This document shows positions 1-13,775 of a stretch of 47,622 nt of DNA, one piece after another. Under the pieces are notes generated by a model. The model searched no databases. It worked only from the letters and a program-made list of their open reading frames with translations, and was not told the origin of the DNA. Both the position numbers and the translations under genes were made by a program. This DNA comes from Circinaria calcarea (Eukaryota). Location of the stretch: assembly GCA_051942165.1 (NCBI GenBank), contig JAVECS010000012.1:1-47622 (forward strand). The letters are read 5' to 3'. Every line of letters starts with the position of its first letter. The first letter of the stretch is position 1.

Positions 1-505
1 ACAGCAGACCCGAGTCGAGTCGTCGCTCTCCGACACCATCCTACTCGGCTATTCTCCACAGTAAACCTACGTTAAACGCCTGCCACTACCTTGAGCCGCA
101 ACACTCTCCTTGCACGCCTTATAGCGTCTCAACAAATAGCATCATCTTCCGATAGATTTCTTCGACGGATTGTACATGAGACTGCCCATGTGATTGCCTG
201 TGAAGGAAAGAGCAAAGCTGTCGAGGGGGTGAGAGAGAGCCAATTATATGCTTTCGAGACAGTGTTTTGTATACTGTCTACATGGGCTGGTCTGTGAGAT
301 GTCTAGATTCTTGCCGGCGAGCCTCCTTTGGTGCTGCCCGCGTTAATGGTACCATACTAACCCAAGCCTTTTTCAGATCTCATTCCATACTCTACACTCG
401 ATCATATTCGGATCCTTCATGTCTGCGAGCCACAGCGCGAACCCACAACAGCTTAGCCAAGATCGTTAAACTTATGGGCCTTGAGTCCCCCATGCGGTAC
501 CCAGA

Positions 506-3096
506 ATGGCATCAGAGGATGGAGAAATTTTCATTAAGGTATGGCTTTCTGGACGTTGCCCGTCGGCTCGCTACCACCGTACGCGAGGTAAATCAGATCT
601 GATGTGCATAGTTAGAATCTAGCCCAGTTTGTACGAACACATGAGAAGGCTCTCGCAAACGCGCTTCAGCTGCGGCGGCAGGGTGTAAGAAATGGCCAAA
701 TAAGCTCGCAAAGCGGCGAGGCCTCGCCTACGCAGATCACTTCTTTCCAAAGTCCGACAACCCCGATGTCAACATCAAGCACCCTCGCTGCTGCCTTCTC
801 ACTAGGTTCCTTGAGCTTTACTTCCCAGAACATTAAGCCGGCAAAGCTGACGCTGACACCACATCACCTCTTTTATTTGCTATCTCGGTTTGAAGAGCTA
901 GGTATCGTGATAGGTCCAATGAATGTGCGCTTGGAAAATATCCACGCCGATATATCACCTGGAAACTATGTCTCATTCCTCAGTCAATCGCAAAGGACAA
1001 ACGGACGGAGTGACCGAGACTCCATTCACTCTGTTTCTAGCGTCCGCAGCGTGATGTCAGGCATGTCGAGCCTCTGGTCAAATCTTGGCATCGGATCTGC
1101 AGGCAATGCCGCGAAGACGGAGAAGGCAAAAGTTCAATCGCAATTGGATTTGAAATATTTATACTCTGCTTTTACCAAAATTCCGTGTTTGCGCTTGTCC
1201 CCTGATCGCAAGGCGCGGCTCATTGGAGGCTACGAAGAATTCCCATTCGATACTGCGGTTCCATTACTCGCTTTCAAAAACATCAGCGCCCTCGAGATTT
1301 GTGATATAGATTTTCGTCAATTCTTTGGCTGGGATAGATTGGCGGAGCAGCTACGCTCACTTTCGTTGAAGCGTGCAAGCGTGGACGATCCTACGGATCT
1401 CCTTGTTGGAATTGTACTTGATGATATGGATAAACGACGCAGGCGTTCCTCTAAAATTCAGAGCTCGCCGAATCCGCCGTGGCCCTCGATCGCATCTCCG
1501 CGATCTAGTGAGTTTAGCCGTGCACTTTCCGCCCCAGAATCCCCCATAGCAGATATTAAAATGGGGAAGAGCTCAAGTCCGCAAAATAGCCTATACCTAA
1601 GGGGTGATCTGGATTTCCCGAAACGTCAGCCGCAGCCAAGAACAAAAAGCAACTCCCCAACCCGTCCCACGAGCTCTCGGCAAGGCTCATCCTATCGATA
1701 TGTCAGGGGCAACGGCGTCAAGACCAAGCGATCGGGATCTGGCAGCTCCAGTTCGAGTTCCCAATCCAATGAGCCGTTGCGGACACACAGCTCCTCCAAC
1801 CTCCTGTCGATGGGTATTCTACCTGCATCCAAATGGAGGTTCCTGAAGCATCTCAGTCTCGCCGACAATGGTTTGACCTCTATAGGTGTGGCAAGTCTAG
1901 GACCACTTGCAAACACACTACACTCGTTTGATCTCTCGTCAAACCTTTTTTCTGAAATCCCAGACTGTCTAGCATCATTGACAGCCCTAAGGGCCTTGAA
2001 TCTCTCTAACTGCATGATTGAGTCTTTGCATTCATTGGCGAGAAATCCATTGCCTGCAATTTCAGCTCTCAATCTTCGAGCAAACAGACTTGGATCTGTT
2101 GCCGGTATTGAAAGGCTTTTGTCTCTAGAGCGGCTGGATTTGCGAGACAACAGGCTTACGGATCCTACGGAGATGGCTAGACTGACAGGTATTCCAGACA
2201 TTCGTGAAATATGGGTGGTCGGTAACCCTTTTGTTAGAACACATGCTGGCTATAGGGTCACTATACTCAATCTGTTTCGAGGAACTCCAGGTTACACGGA
2301 AGACATCATCATCGACGCTATAGGCCCGAGTTATAGCGAGCGCAGACAGTTGCGAGACCGTGTCGTCGAGACTAATAGTGTACCCGTGGTGAAGCCTTTA
2401 CCTGTGGAGTGGGATTTAGCTCCGGATTCCACTTCCCACCCTCCAGTTCTAAAACCGGCAACATATGTACAGGATCTCACTGCTGAGGTGTACACCAGGC
2501 CGGTACCTCATTCTACCCAAAGTGAGGTTGCCGTAGGTTCTAGTCGTCGGAAAAAAGGACCAAGAAGGAGAATTGTTGACCTTTCGGTTGATGAAAATCA
2601 AATTATCACTGATACCCAAGGAGCCCTTGACGCATCAAACCGAAGGCCTCATGTTGCATTCACGGACGTCAACACTGCTCAGGACCTAATCCCTCGTGAT
2701 AAAACTCCTAATACCCCGGGAGACGTTCAGGGACACACACAAGGAGCCTCTCCAAGAGAATTACAGGACGAGCGTCCAGCCCCAGAGCAAACAGTACCTC
2801 GAGCCACAACTCAACCTATTGAAGTCTGCGATGACAAAGGCCTGTCCCTCACGTATAGCTTGCAGGGCCTTAAACTAAATGGAGAAGCTTATCGTCGGAA
2901 AGTTGAAGCGCTCAAGGAGGAGTTTGGTAGTGGATGGTTAAGCGTCCTTAGTAAAGATGATTGGGACGTTCGAGAAAACAGTGAAACCGCAGGTCCTGAG
3001 AAAGACACCAGTGGAGTAGCCATGATCAGGCCAAAAGTACCCAATTTCCCAGCTGCAAACCAGAAGATTGTCAATAGTGGTCGAACTCTGGGGTGA
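506..3096 (+). CDS. Leucine-rich repeat protein (nischarin/STK11IP-like architecture), 2 exons
   Basis: Exon 1 506-538 (MASEDGEIFIK), intron 539-615 (GTATGG..TAG), exon 2 from 616 (NLAQFVRTHEKALANALQ), in frame with ORF 766-3096. Several LxxLxLxxNxL repeats (LKHLSLADNGL, LRALNLSNCMI, LERLDLRDNRL) and an LRR cap (GNPF..YR). Confidence 0.85.
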
Positions 3097-4550
3097 TGCG
3101 TCGTATTGTTGCATTGACCAAACCCTCAGAAAACAGTTTTGCTCGGATTGTCTGGCATCCCCTCTTCCAGACATAGCCCACCATTCATGGTTCATGTTGT
3201 ACGGCTGTTTGTAAGATATGTTCTACACGTTTTGGGTTGGCGGAGTCCCTCATTTACTAGGATATGGCGGTCGTTTGTAATATCTTAAGCGTGTGTTCTT
3301 TCTCGTGCTGCATCTGCATTCCTTCTTTTTATGGGTGGTATGAGTACTTTTTTTCTTGGTCATAGCGTTGAATGCTTGGTCAAACGATATTACACACTGG
3401 AGGCTGACTGCTTCAAGGTTGGGTGCCCAACAGTGCATGATCCAGTCTTAGCGTTACGTCACACAGAGTCTTGTAGATACTCCACTATTTCCCGTGGATC
3501 ATTGAGGACACATACAGATGTTGGATTATAGAATTTAGGACCACCAGGAACAGGATGAGATCTATCCGAGTTTGGCGTCAATCTATCCTCGGGCGATGAT
3601 CAATGCACACCGTTTTCCATCTAACTGCCGTAGCCAAAACGTATCTTCTGGGATGGGATTTCTCTGCTGTGCCCGACTATTGTAATGCTGCTTGATTGAT
3701 TGATGCTGTGTCCTAGGCAACCGAGTTGAATAGGCGGCAGAGAGTGCAAGAGCCTGCAATGATCACATTTGTCCCATGTCCCCGATAGAAGCACTCTCGT
3801 CAGGGAACATTCCCGGGTTGTAGTTGATCCATTCCGTGGATAGGCGAACGCGCTAAAGTTGTTGTTTCAACTTTCAACAATGGAGGACGGAATTGAGATT
3901 TGAATACCAATCACCTTCCAACCCATCTGTGCGACATCGACAGCAATTTCAGTCAAGCTGTCAACACGCCTGGCCTCTTCGCACACAGTGTGGGACTATC
4001 ACTCACCAAGCTGCCATCGCAAGACCTAGGAGTGAAATCAAGTCCATTCCGACGACCCGCTTGGAGTACGAGGTGCTACAACACTCCGCTCACCAGCTCA
4101 CCCACCCTCAGCTTCATAAGCTACCCATTCAGAGCACAAGGTTTGAACGGTGCACCGTCACTGGGGTCGAGGTACGGTCTGCTCCGTGATTGAGGCATCC
4201 TGAAAGGAAATTCGTGTCATTCGGGCTCCTTCTTCGTTGGCGACCATCAGGGCCTGATCCCTCCCCTACATCTCCTGTTCGCGCAGTGCACTGTGGACAT
4301 AGCAGCTGCAAAGTGGCCGTAGATTTGAGGTCAGTTGGCAGCACTTGTGTTCACCATTAGACCCACCTTTTACCCGAAATTCATTACTCATTGCCACCGA
4401 CGCCGTCAAATGCACATTTCTAATGGATGCTGTGAACTTTATAGATTGAAAGTTGAGCGACCATAGTTCGCCGTGAGGGACCACTCTCCTGCAATACGCT
4501 TTGAGCCGAGTATACTCGTGGAGATCAATACCTTTCCCCACAGGGACGAC

Positions 4551-5807
<1,257 letters not shown>

Positions 5808-7212
5808 TTGTACCAACATAAGACTTTGGTGCACAACAGGTTCGGCCGCAGATGATGTATCATTGTCGCCCTCGTCGATCGAACCGGCGGATAACGAAGC
5901 AACGTTCAAGCTTGTGACCTTACGCACCTCCTCTATCCCGTCCTCGAGCACGAGTTTCCTCTATCGCCCTCATCGCGTTTCCTACGGTGGCCTCGGCATT
6001 TGTCAACTACGGTGGTTTGGGCTCGAAAGGGGCGATGTTGTCGGAAATACGTTAGTTAGGGATTGGGAGGAGGATCTTTACTTTTTCTGCGTTGGGCTTT
6101 GCTTTGCTGCCGCTTACATCTATGATCAAGGACGGAAGAACTTGCACGAAGTATTGATTGTTTGGTACGTATGGGACGGTGGACCGGTTTCTTTGCAGGG
6201 TTACGTGATGCGATGAGAGCTCTGCAAAGGTGGTACTGGTTCCTGTGCTTATTCCTCTTTATTCCATGTGCGTGCCATGAACGCATGTCTCCTAGTACGA
6301 ATTTGACAACGATAAGCGACTCGAGTATGCATTCACTGTGCTGAGGCTGTAATGCTCTCATCGGCTTCTGCCTCCGGAAACGATATCCTCTACTGCGAAC
6401 CAAGAAAAGTGCGGAACCAACAGCCGGTAAATCCTGCCGGATATGCCTCCACTTTCGTCTGCGGTCCATCTGAACACGAACCTACTCCGGCGGAAGAATA
6501 CTGACCGAACCCCCTGCCTTTTCCTCTTCCCCGCCCCTTAATTCTCTTCCATCACCTGTCCCCTCTGATTCTTCTCATTACGAAGTCACCACCGTAAATC
6601 CCGTTGGATGACCCATTTCACCCCCGATTAAGGGGAGTGGCGGAGAGATGGACGGTACCGGACGTACGGTTGAGGACGTTGGTCGATCGATGAGCTTCGG
6701 GAAAAGAGAGAGGAGTTGGGCACGGGGACGATAGGGAGGCAAAGCGGGAAAAAGGGAAGCGGGAAAGAGGGAATCCAGAGGAGCGAGGATGAGGGGTTGA
6801 GGATGCGATGCAGTTCCCTGTTCCGGCGATGTCGGATTCTTGTGATGATGGTATCAGGCATCGCATGGCAGGGCAGGAAGAGGAGTGATGGAATCGAATG
6901 TCCGTTGACTAATCCGGGCGTGGGGAGGGGGAATAAAGGTCAGTAGCAACACTAGATGTCTCGAACCGATCATAAGGTCCGACGCATTTCCATTGATCCG
7001 GCGCCGGATATGGTGTAGAAAGGACGGAATCGACCGTCCACGCCATAACCTCAATGCAAACACCACCTACCTCGCCATCACATTGGGAGTCAGGCGGGCT
7101 GTAGATGGCCATGCCCTTCCCTACCAAACAAAGACTCTTCCACTTCTCGGCTCACCTATTCCCATCACATTCCAAACCCCTTGCCAACTCATACTATTTT
7201 TCTATATCTGGT

Positions 7213-8208
<996 letters not shown>

Positions 8209-9047
8209 CGCTGAACAGTTCAGCGTCGGGGAGGGTATAATCCTACTAAAGGGACGGTAGGCTGAGGGCGAGACGGTTTCGCGTGTACGGAAGAAAACTG
8301 GAGCTCGTCAAGTGCGGCGAATCACGGTCGGATTTGGAGTGTCCGGCTATGTTTTAGGATTAGAAGTACAGTACAGAGAACATCTATCTGGTTTCTCGGT
8401 CGATGCTCGCTTATAACGTCACCAGCTCAGTGGCGAATCTTTCCGAAGGAGATCTTCTTTGCAACTATTGTTTTGTAGTCGTGGCGCAACACGCTGAACG
8501 GGAATATTCCTTGGCTAGGGTGGATCTACATTCGGGAGTGGTCCCAGAGCTTCCAATACATAATCCCCTCTACCGGGATGGAGAAAGGTGCGTATCGGAA
8601 ATGGCAAAATCAGGGAGATGGACCTGGGAAAGGGACCACCTAGACTTATTCGACGTAGGAAGAAGTCATTGGTATTTTCCAAGCTATGTATAAAATAAAA
8701 AACAGAGAGTCCAAATAACTCTCCCTGTGCCTCTTCCATACCTGCGATGCTGGTTGGCATGCTCTCGTCAATCGCATGCCCCAGAAAATGCAGACACATG
8801 AAGCATGCATGCCACTAACCCAGCCCTGCACCATTCCCTCGCTAAGCATGCATCAATGTAGTAGTGGTCAAGATCCAGAAAACAGACAGTGTGCACGACA
8901 ACAGAAGTCAGTTATGTACAGTGCCAATGTCAAGACGACATGGCGGACTAGTACCGATGGCCATGCTCGAGTCCTCTGCTCGGACAGGGGATCACGATAA
9001 GGTAGTTTCTAAACCATGCCCCCGGGAACAGAAGTCATCGGCATAAT

Positions 9048-11309
9048 CTAAACAGACAGTATTACCTGCCCACGCTGATCGTAGGCTTTGGATTTACCTG
9101 CCATTTCCAGTCCAAGCTCCCGCATTCTTTCTGCCCCTTTGCCGGGCTGGCAGCGGCGCTCTTTCTCTTTGCCTGCATTGCGGCAATGTTGCCGCCAAAA
9201 TCTCTCTTTCCGTCGTTGCCTTTTGTTCTCGAGACCCTGCACAATGTCAATAGGACCTCGGCTATGCATGTCTTCATTAAGATTGCATCCGAGCTTCGGA
9301 GAACGCTCAGTGTCAGCTCTCGGCACGGCTTTTGAACAGCACCTGCGATGCTCCTTCCAGAATGGGTTTGGTGTCCTGGGAAGCGACTTGGTATGCGTAA
9401 GATTTGGTCGTTGCGCAAGATGGCGTAGGTCAACTCCAGTAGCTTCCTTCTCTGCTGCACTCGAAAAGGAAAGGCGACGTGATGATGGTGGAGAATTGAG
9501 ATTTCGAAGATGAGGTGGAAGAGGAGATCGCATTCTTCTAGGAGACTGGCCACCAAAAAGACGGCGGGAAGGTGGGGATCGGTGGTTTGCTCGATACTTA
9601 GGTGGTGGAGGCGATTTCAATCTGCCGCCGCTCTTTGGCGCAGGCGGCGATCGAAACCGTTTTGGTGAAGGTGCAGGCGACTTTGCATTCTTTTTCGGCA
9701 TGCGCTTCTGCCTGCGGAACATGTCGTCCGCATCAGAGTCGTCAGGACGGCCGGTAACCCACATATGCTCATCGCTTCCTTCTGCGGCTCCGTTTTCATC
9801 CTCGTCTTCATCCTGCTCGTCCATGTCTGAAGTTGGAAAACTTGGGTCAAAGTCTTGTGGGATTACGGAATGCCTCGCTATTCTTTTCTGCTCCAAACAC
9901 GACAAGTATGCAGCCTCAAGTGGACGGTCCTCATCAAGCGTCCCGCACACGAAGTCTGTGCTATCAGGCAAATCAGGAGTACCCGGACGCATCTTGGGAA
10001 GCATCTTTCGGCGTTGGTTCTTACGTCTTCCTCTGCCAGACCCACTCTGCTGAATGGTGATCGCGTTAGAGTTATCGGTTGACTCAATGGAGGATTGAGA
10101 ACCAGTCCTATGCGTCCTAGGACGGATGTGTTCTATATAATCAGTTGCTGTTGCAGCCGAAGTCAGACCGGGTGTCCAAAATTGGTACTCTGAATCAACG
10201 TCTGTTTCGTTGTCAGAATCTGCAAAACCCCCTTCGTCATCAGTTTCATTGCCCCCATCCGATACCTCGTCTTCGCTACCACGCTCTCCATCATCGTCTT
10301 CATCACCATCGTCATTGAGACTGTCGTTGTCCGTGGCAATTTCAACTGATTCCGCCTCAAACTCCGCCTCCTCAGCAATTTCTTCGTCAAGTGCTTCGTC
10401 TTCAGCCTCCTCGCCTAACTTTCGAATAGCATTCTCCTTGCGTAAAGTGTCATTGACAGTTATCTTATGCCTCTGAATAGGCTGTTCATAGAGCCACTCA
10501 TCCTCTTCGGGGTAAGCACTAGCAAATTCATGAAACCTGATGCCCTCGGGCTTGTGCTTGACCTGCTGAGGAATCGGATGCAGGATCTTTGCCGCCGAAG
10601 ACAGAACTTCGGTTTCGGCAGACGAGCTATTTTTTGACACGGGTTGCGAATCACGAGACTGGAGATTGTGTTGGGCTGGGGTTGGCGCGACAGGGCTCAA
10701 TGCAAAGGTGATACATCTCTTGCGAACAGTGCTTGCTCCCAATGTGTTGCAGGAAACAGTGGCAGCTGGACGGTCTCCACTTCCATTAGGCAGACTGCTA
10801 TCCGTTGCCTCCTTGGTGTGGTGTACGGAAGGCTTCGAGGTTGTCACCATCAACCCTCCATAAGTCATAGATGGTTTGGGGGGGCTAGGTGTGCTTGTTC
10901 GCGCAGGACTTGTAAGACCCCCATCGCTGGTGAGCTCGGCAGTTGAAACGGCACTTGCTGTACTATAATTAGATGCCGTTGACGTGGCTCGGGACATAGG
11001 AGATGCAGGTGGACGAGAAGCCAGTTTAACGTCGGGACTGGTAAGTAGGGCTTGAGTCAGCAGTGACGCCTTCCGATCGCTGTTCGATGGCGGTAATTTA
11101 AAGTAGCCATCATTAGCTAAAAGGTCCTTGGTCAAGGGGTTGGAAGAACAGCTGAAGTAAATACGATTGTCCGGAGGCTCGTCAACGTCTACCGCGACCT
11201 CTTCTTCGTCAGTTGACGGAACGATGCTCGAGGGGTGCTGGGAGACCGTAGACAGTAGATTCTGCGATTTCAAGGGTCGGTGGTGGTAATTATCTCGACG
11301 GTGCGCCAT
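9048..11309 (-). CDS. Conserved fungal disordered acidic/proline-rich protein (DUF2457-like)
   Basis: Single long ORF, first ATG at 11309. D/E-rich centre, SP-rich tail, and blocks DFVCGTLDEDRPLEAAY and RGPIDIVQGLENKRQRRKE that I recall from the fungal DUF2457 family. Confidence 0.75.
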   Translation of the reverse strand: MAHRRDNYHHRPLKSQNLLSTVSQHPSSIVPSTDEEEVAVDVDEPPDNRIYFSCSSNPLTKDLLANDGYFKLPPSNSDRKASLLTQALLTSPDVKLASRPPASPMSRATSTASNYSTASAVSTAELTSDGGLTSPARTSTPSPPKPSMTYGGLMVTTSKPSVHHTKEATDSSLPNGSGDRPAATVSCNTLGASTVRKRCITFALSPVAPTPAQHNLQSRDSQPVSKNSSSAETEVLSSAAKILHPIPQQVKHKPEGIRFHEFASAYPEEDEWLYEQPIQRHKITVNDTLRKENAIRKLGEEAEDEALDEEIAEEAEFEAESVEIATDNDSLNDDGDEDDDGERGSEDEVSDGGNETDDEGGFADSDNETDVDSEYQFWTPGLTSAATATDYIEHIRPRTHRTGSQSSIESTDNSNAITIQQSGSGRGRRKNQRRKMLPKMRPGTPDLPDSTDFVCGTLDEDRPLEAAYLSCLEQKRIARHSVIPQDFDPSFPTSDMDEQDEDEDENGAAEGSDEHMWVTGRPDDSDADDMFRRQKRMPKKNAKSPAPSPKRFRSPPAPKSGGRLKSPPPPKYRANHRSPPSRRLFGGQSPRRMRSPLPPHLRNLNSPPSSRRLSFSSAAEKEATGVDLRHLAQRPNLTHTKSLPRTPNPFWKEHRRCCSKAVPRADTERSPKLGCNLNEDMHSRGPIDIVQGLENKRQRRKERFWRQHCRNAGKEKERRCQPGKGAERMRELGLEMAGKSKAYDQRGQVILSV

Positions 11310-12842
11310 TGGCGATGGTGGTTGCAACGTGAGGCTCGGTCGGTCGGGGCTGATATTGGACGTTCAAGCAAGCAGTGGCCTGGTGCTCCAGTGAGACTAT
11401 GAAGCAACTAGACCCTAATGGCTTTTTAAGTCTCCAACAAATGCTCAGTGACCAAAGGGTTGCGCTGAGATGGCGGTTAAAGGCTTCTGGTACGTCGATA
11501 CTCGAGAGATACTCGGTGGTGTCCCTCAGGACAGTGGGGTCATAATATCGGAGAGGTTGCCATCATGATGCTGCTGCTGCTGGTTTGCGATATCCGCAAA
11601 GATGCAAATCTCGTTGCTTTTGAAGATCAGGAATCCCAAAAGACAGGAAAACCGGGCACTCCTGGCAGCCAACTGGACCACGGCGCACAGTCAGACACGA
11701 GGGGGGAGCGTGTTGTGCGGTTGGAAATGCTGAGCAGACGGCAGAGGATTGTCAAGATGACGATCAAAGTATGATCGAGCTGGGATGGGGGTGCAGAAAA
11801 AGAGGTGGCGGTGTGAAGGTGTGGTCGGTTGTGTGGTTATGAGTAAGATTATCCAGAACTCAGAGGAGGCCGCACTACGGCAGGCAACTCTAATTCTGAT
11901 GACTGGAAATTCTCCGCTCTCGGGCTGGTGACAGTGCGACTTGTCCAAGTGATGGATGGCGGGAACAAAGCGCCCGTGGCACAATAAAGGACGTTGGGAA
12001 GAGGAGGGGATGCATTGATTTCTTATGCTGCTTGTCTCTGCCGGTAATGCTTCGGCCAGAAAAATTTCATCCGAGGGACCAATCAGCTGATGCCGGCCTC
12101 TCAGTCAGAGGGTACGGGGAGTAGTCTGGAGATGGCAAGCGGCCATTTCCACAAAAATCGTATTCCTCTACTGGCGCTCCCCGCGGTCTGTAATCTACTT
12201 TTACCGTATGCAGAACCTACGAGTTGCATGCCGCCGTCGGTCGGTGAATGCTTACTGCCAAGTACCACAGTAAACATTAGCGCTATTTCCACCCTACCCT
12301 TGTATACTCAACCAAAGGGCCCATATAAATTCCGGGGAAAACCGGTATAACACTGAGGGTATCCTCCCGCCGATATTCCACAGTTGTACGGATTCAACAC
12401 ATGTCTTGGCAGTGTGTACGCTTCCTTCTCTTATGCCTGCCGACGACAGTACTACCACTGGCACAGACGGCTAGGAATCACAAAGCGATACCGGAAGCAG
12501 CCTGACTTGCTGCACACCGCGTGCTGTTAGTGCACCGAATGATATGGCCAGGCTTCTAGAAGTCGGCATTCAGCGGTGCTTTGACCACCTATGGTACGAT
12601 GTCGTACAGCATCTAGGTTACCTACCTAAAGTGACCAAGCCTAACTATGCCGCGCATCTTACCCCACGTCCTTTACTACTCATCCGGCTATATTGAAGTA
12701 TGGGCGGGCTTTTCGCTTCGCGGGGACAGATGGAACGATGGACCCTTAATTGGTTTCAGGACTAGTTGCAGCTCGATGGTAGCAGCAGGAAGGTATCAAG
12801 CACATATTCTGTCGACTACCTATCTCCTACCTAATGGATGGT

Positions 12843-12863
12843 GGGCCGGGACTAGGGGCGGGG
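12843..12863 (+). promoter_or_regulatory. Canonical G-quadruplex motif GGG-CC-GGG-ACTA-GGGG-C-GGGG
   Basis: Four G3+ runs with 1-4 nt loops, about 230 bp upstream of the LYR gene ATG in a divergent intergenic region. Confidence 0.45.
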
Positions 12864-13089
12864 AAGGAGGTTCGCGCGCAGCAACGGAGAGAGGCTATCG
12901 GACGATGGCAGCCGCTACGATCATGCGCAGATGAGGGATTTTCTAATCTCCAGGAGGAGCTCGATGTTGTACAAGTTATGCAGCTCGCGAAATCCGATGA
13001 TCTTTGTGCGTCATGCAGCAGAGGGAGATCAAGTAAAAACTCGATGTAAAGTCAGCCGAGGAATATTCTTCCAAATCAATCCTCGAATA

Positions 13090-13526
13090 ATGACAGGCCC
13101 AAATCCAGCCCTCCGTCAACAGGTGATTGGCATTTACAAGGGTCCGTATCGTGGCGAGTGTCGACATTGCCGCTGCTGATTGTTCACGTAGAACTCCTCA
13201 ACCTTGGAAAAGAATATCCACTGGGCTTCCCTTTTTTCCGCTCACGCTTACACAAGGCTTTTGCCAGCCAGTCAGACTTGCGCGATGCCGAAGAGATTCG
13301 GAAGGGGATCGAAAGGGCCGAGTTTGTCAAAAAAGGTCAGCTACACTGTATCAATTCTAGCTGGGTTGGCATCGCTGAGTTTTACTTCCTGGCGTAATGG
13401 TAGAAATTGAAGCTTTGTGAGAAAATCGGTTACCACACCTTTCCCCAACGGCCGCTGAGTTTGGGGAACATCAGATACTACCTCAAGCGATATCGAGCAT
13501 TACGCCAACGGTATGGCAAGACTTGA
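13090..13526 (+). CDS. LYR-motif mitochondrial protein, LYRM5/ETFRF1-like, 4 exons
   Basis: Exons 13090-13141, 13192-13335, 13404-13416 (13-nt microexon), 13475-13526. Translation MTGPNPALRQQVIGIYKELLNLGKEYPLG..RLHKAF..AEFVKKEIEALYYLKRYRALRQRYGKT. Confidence 0.88.
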
Positions 13527-13775
13527 CGGGGATCGTCAGCTTCTAAACGCTCTTCCCAATGCAGACCCATATAGGCTGGTGTGCAAAAATAACTGTTGAC
13601 GAAAGACAATCAGTGTATGCGGGATGCCCCGTTCCCACTACCTATAGTTTAAATCTTTAAGACAGGCCTTTATAACGTTCTAATGTTATTCGACGAACTA
13701 TAATTCCTATTGGAAGGGACCTCCAGTATCATATTATTATTACCCGGCAACGATTTCTGCTCACCCGCCTCGAAA

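Noticed and set aside
4473..4550. GTG-initiated N-terminal extension of PP1
   Set aside because: The segment ends in a pyrimidine tract plus CAG (4543), better explained as a 5' UTR intron acceptor. The conserved PP1 sequence starts at ATG 4551.
6344..6620. AGGCTGTAATG resembles the 5' end of yeast SRP RNA
   Set aside because: The GGC closing the Alu hairpin is missing, and I found no helix-8 (AGG..GNRA..GCA) motif or Pol III terminator at the expected distance.
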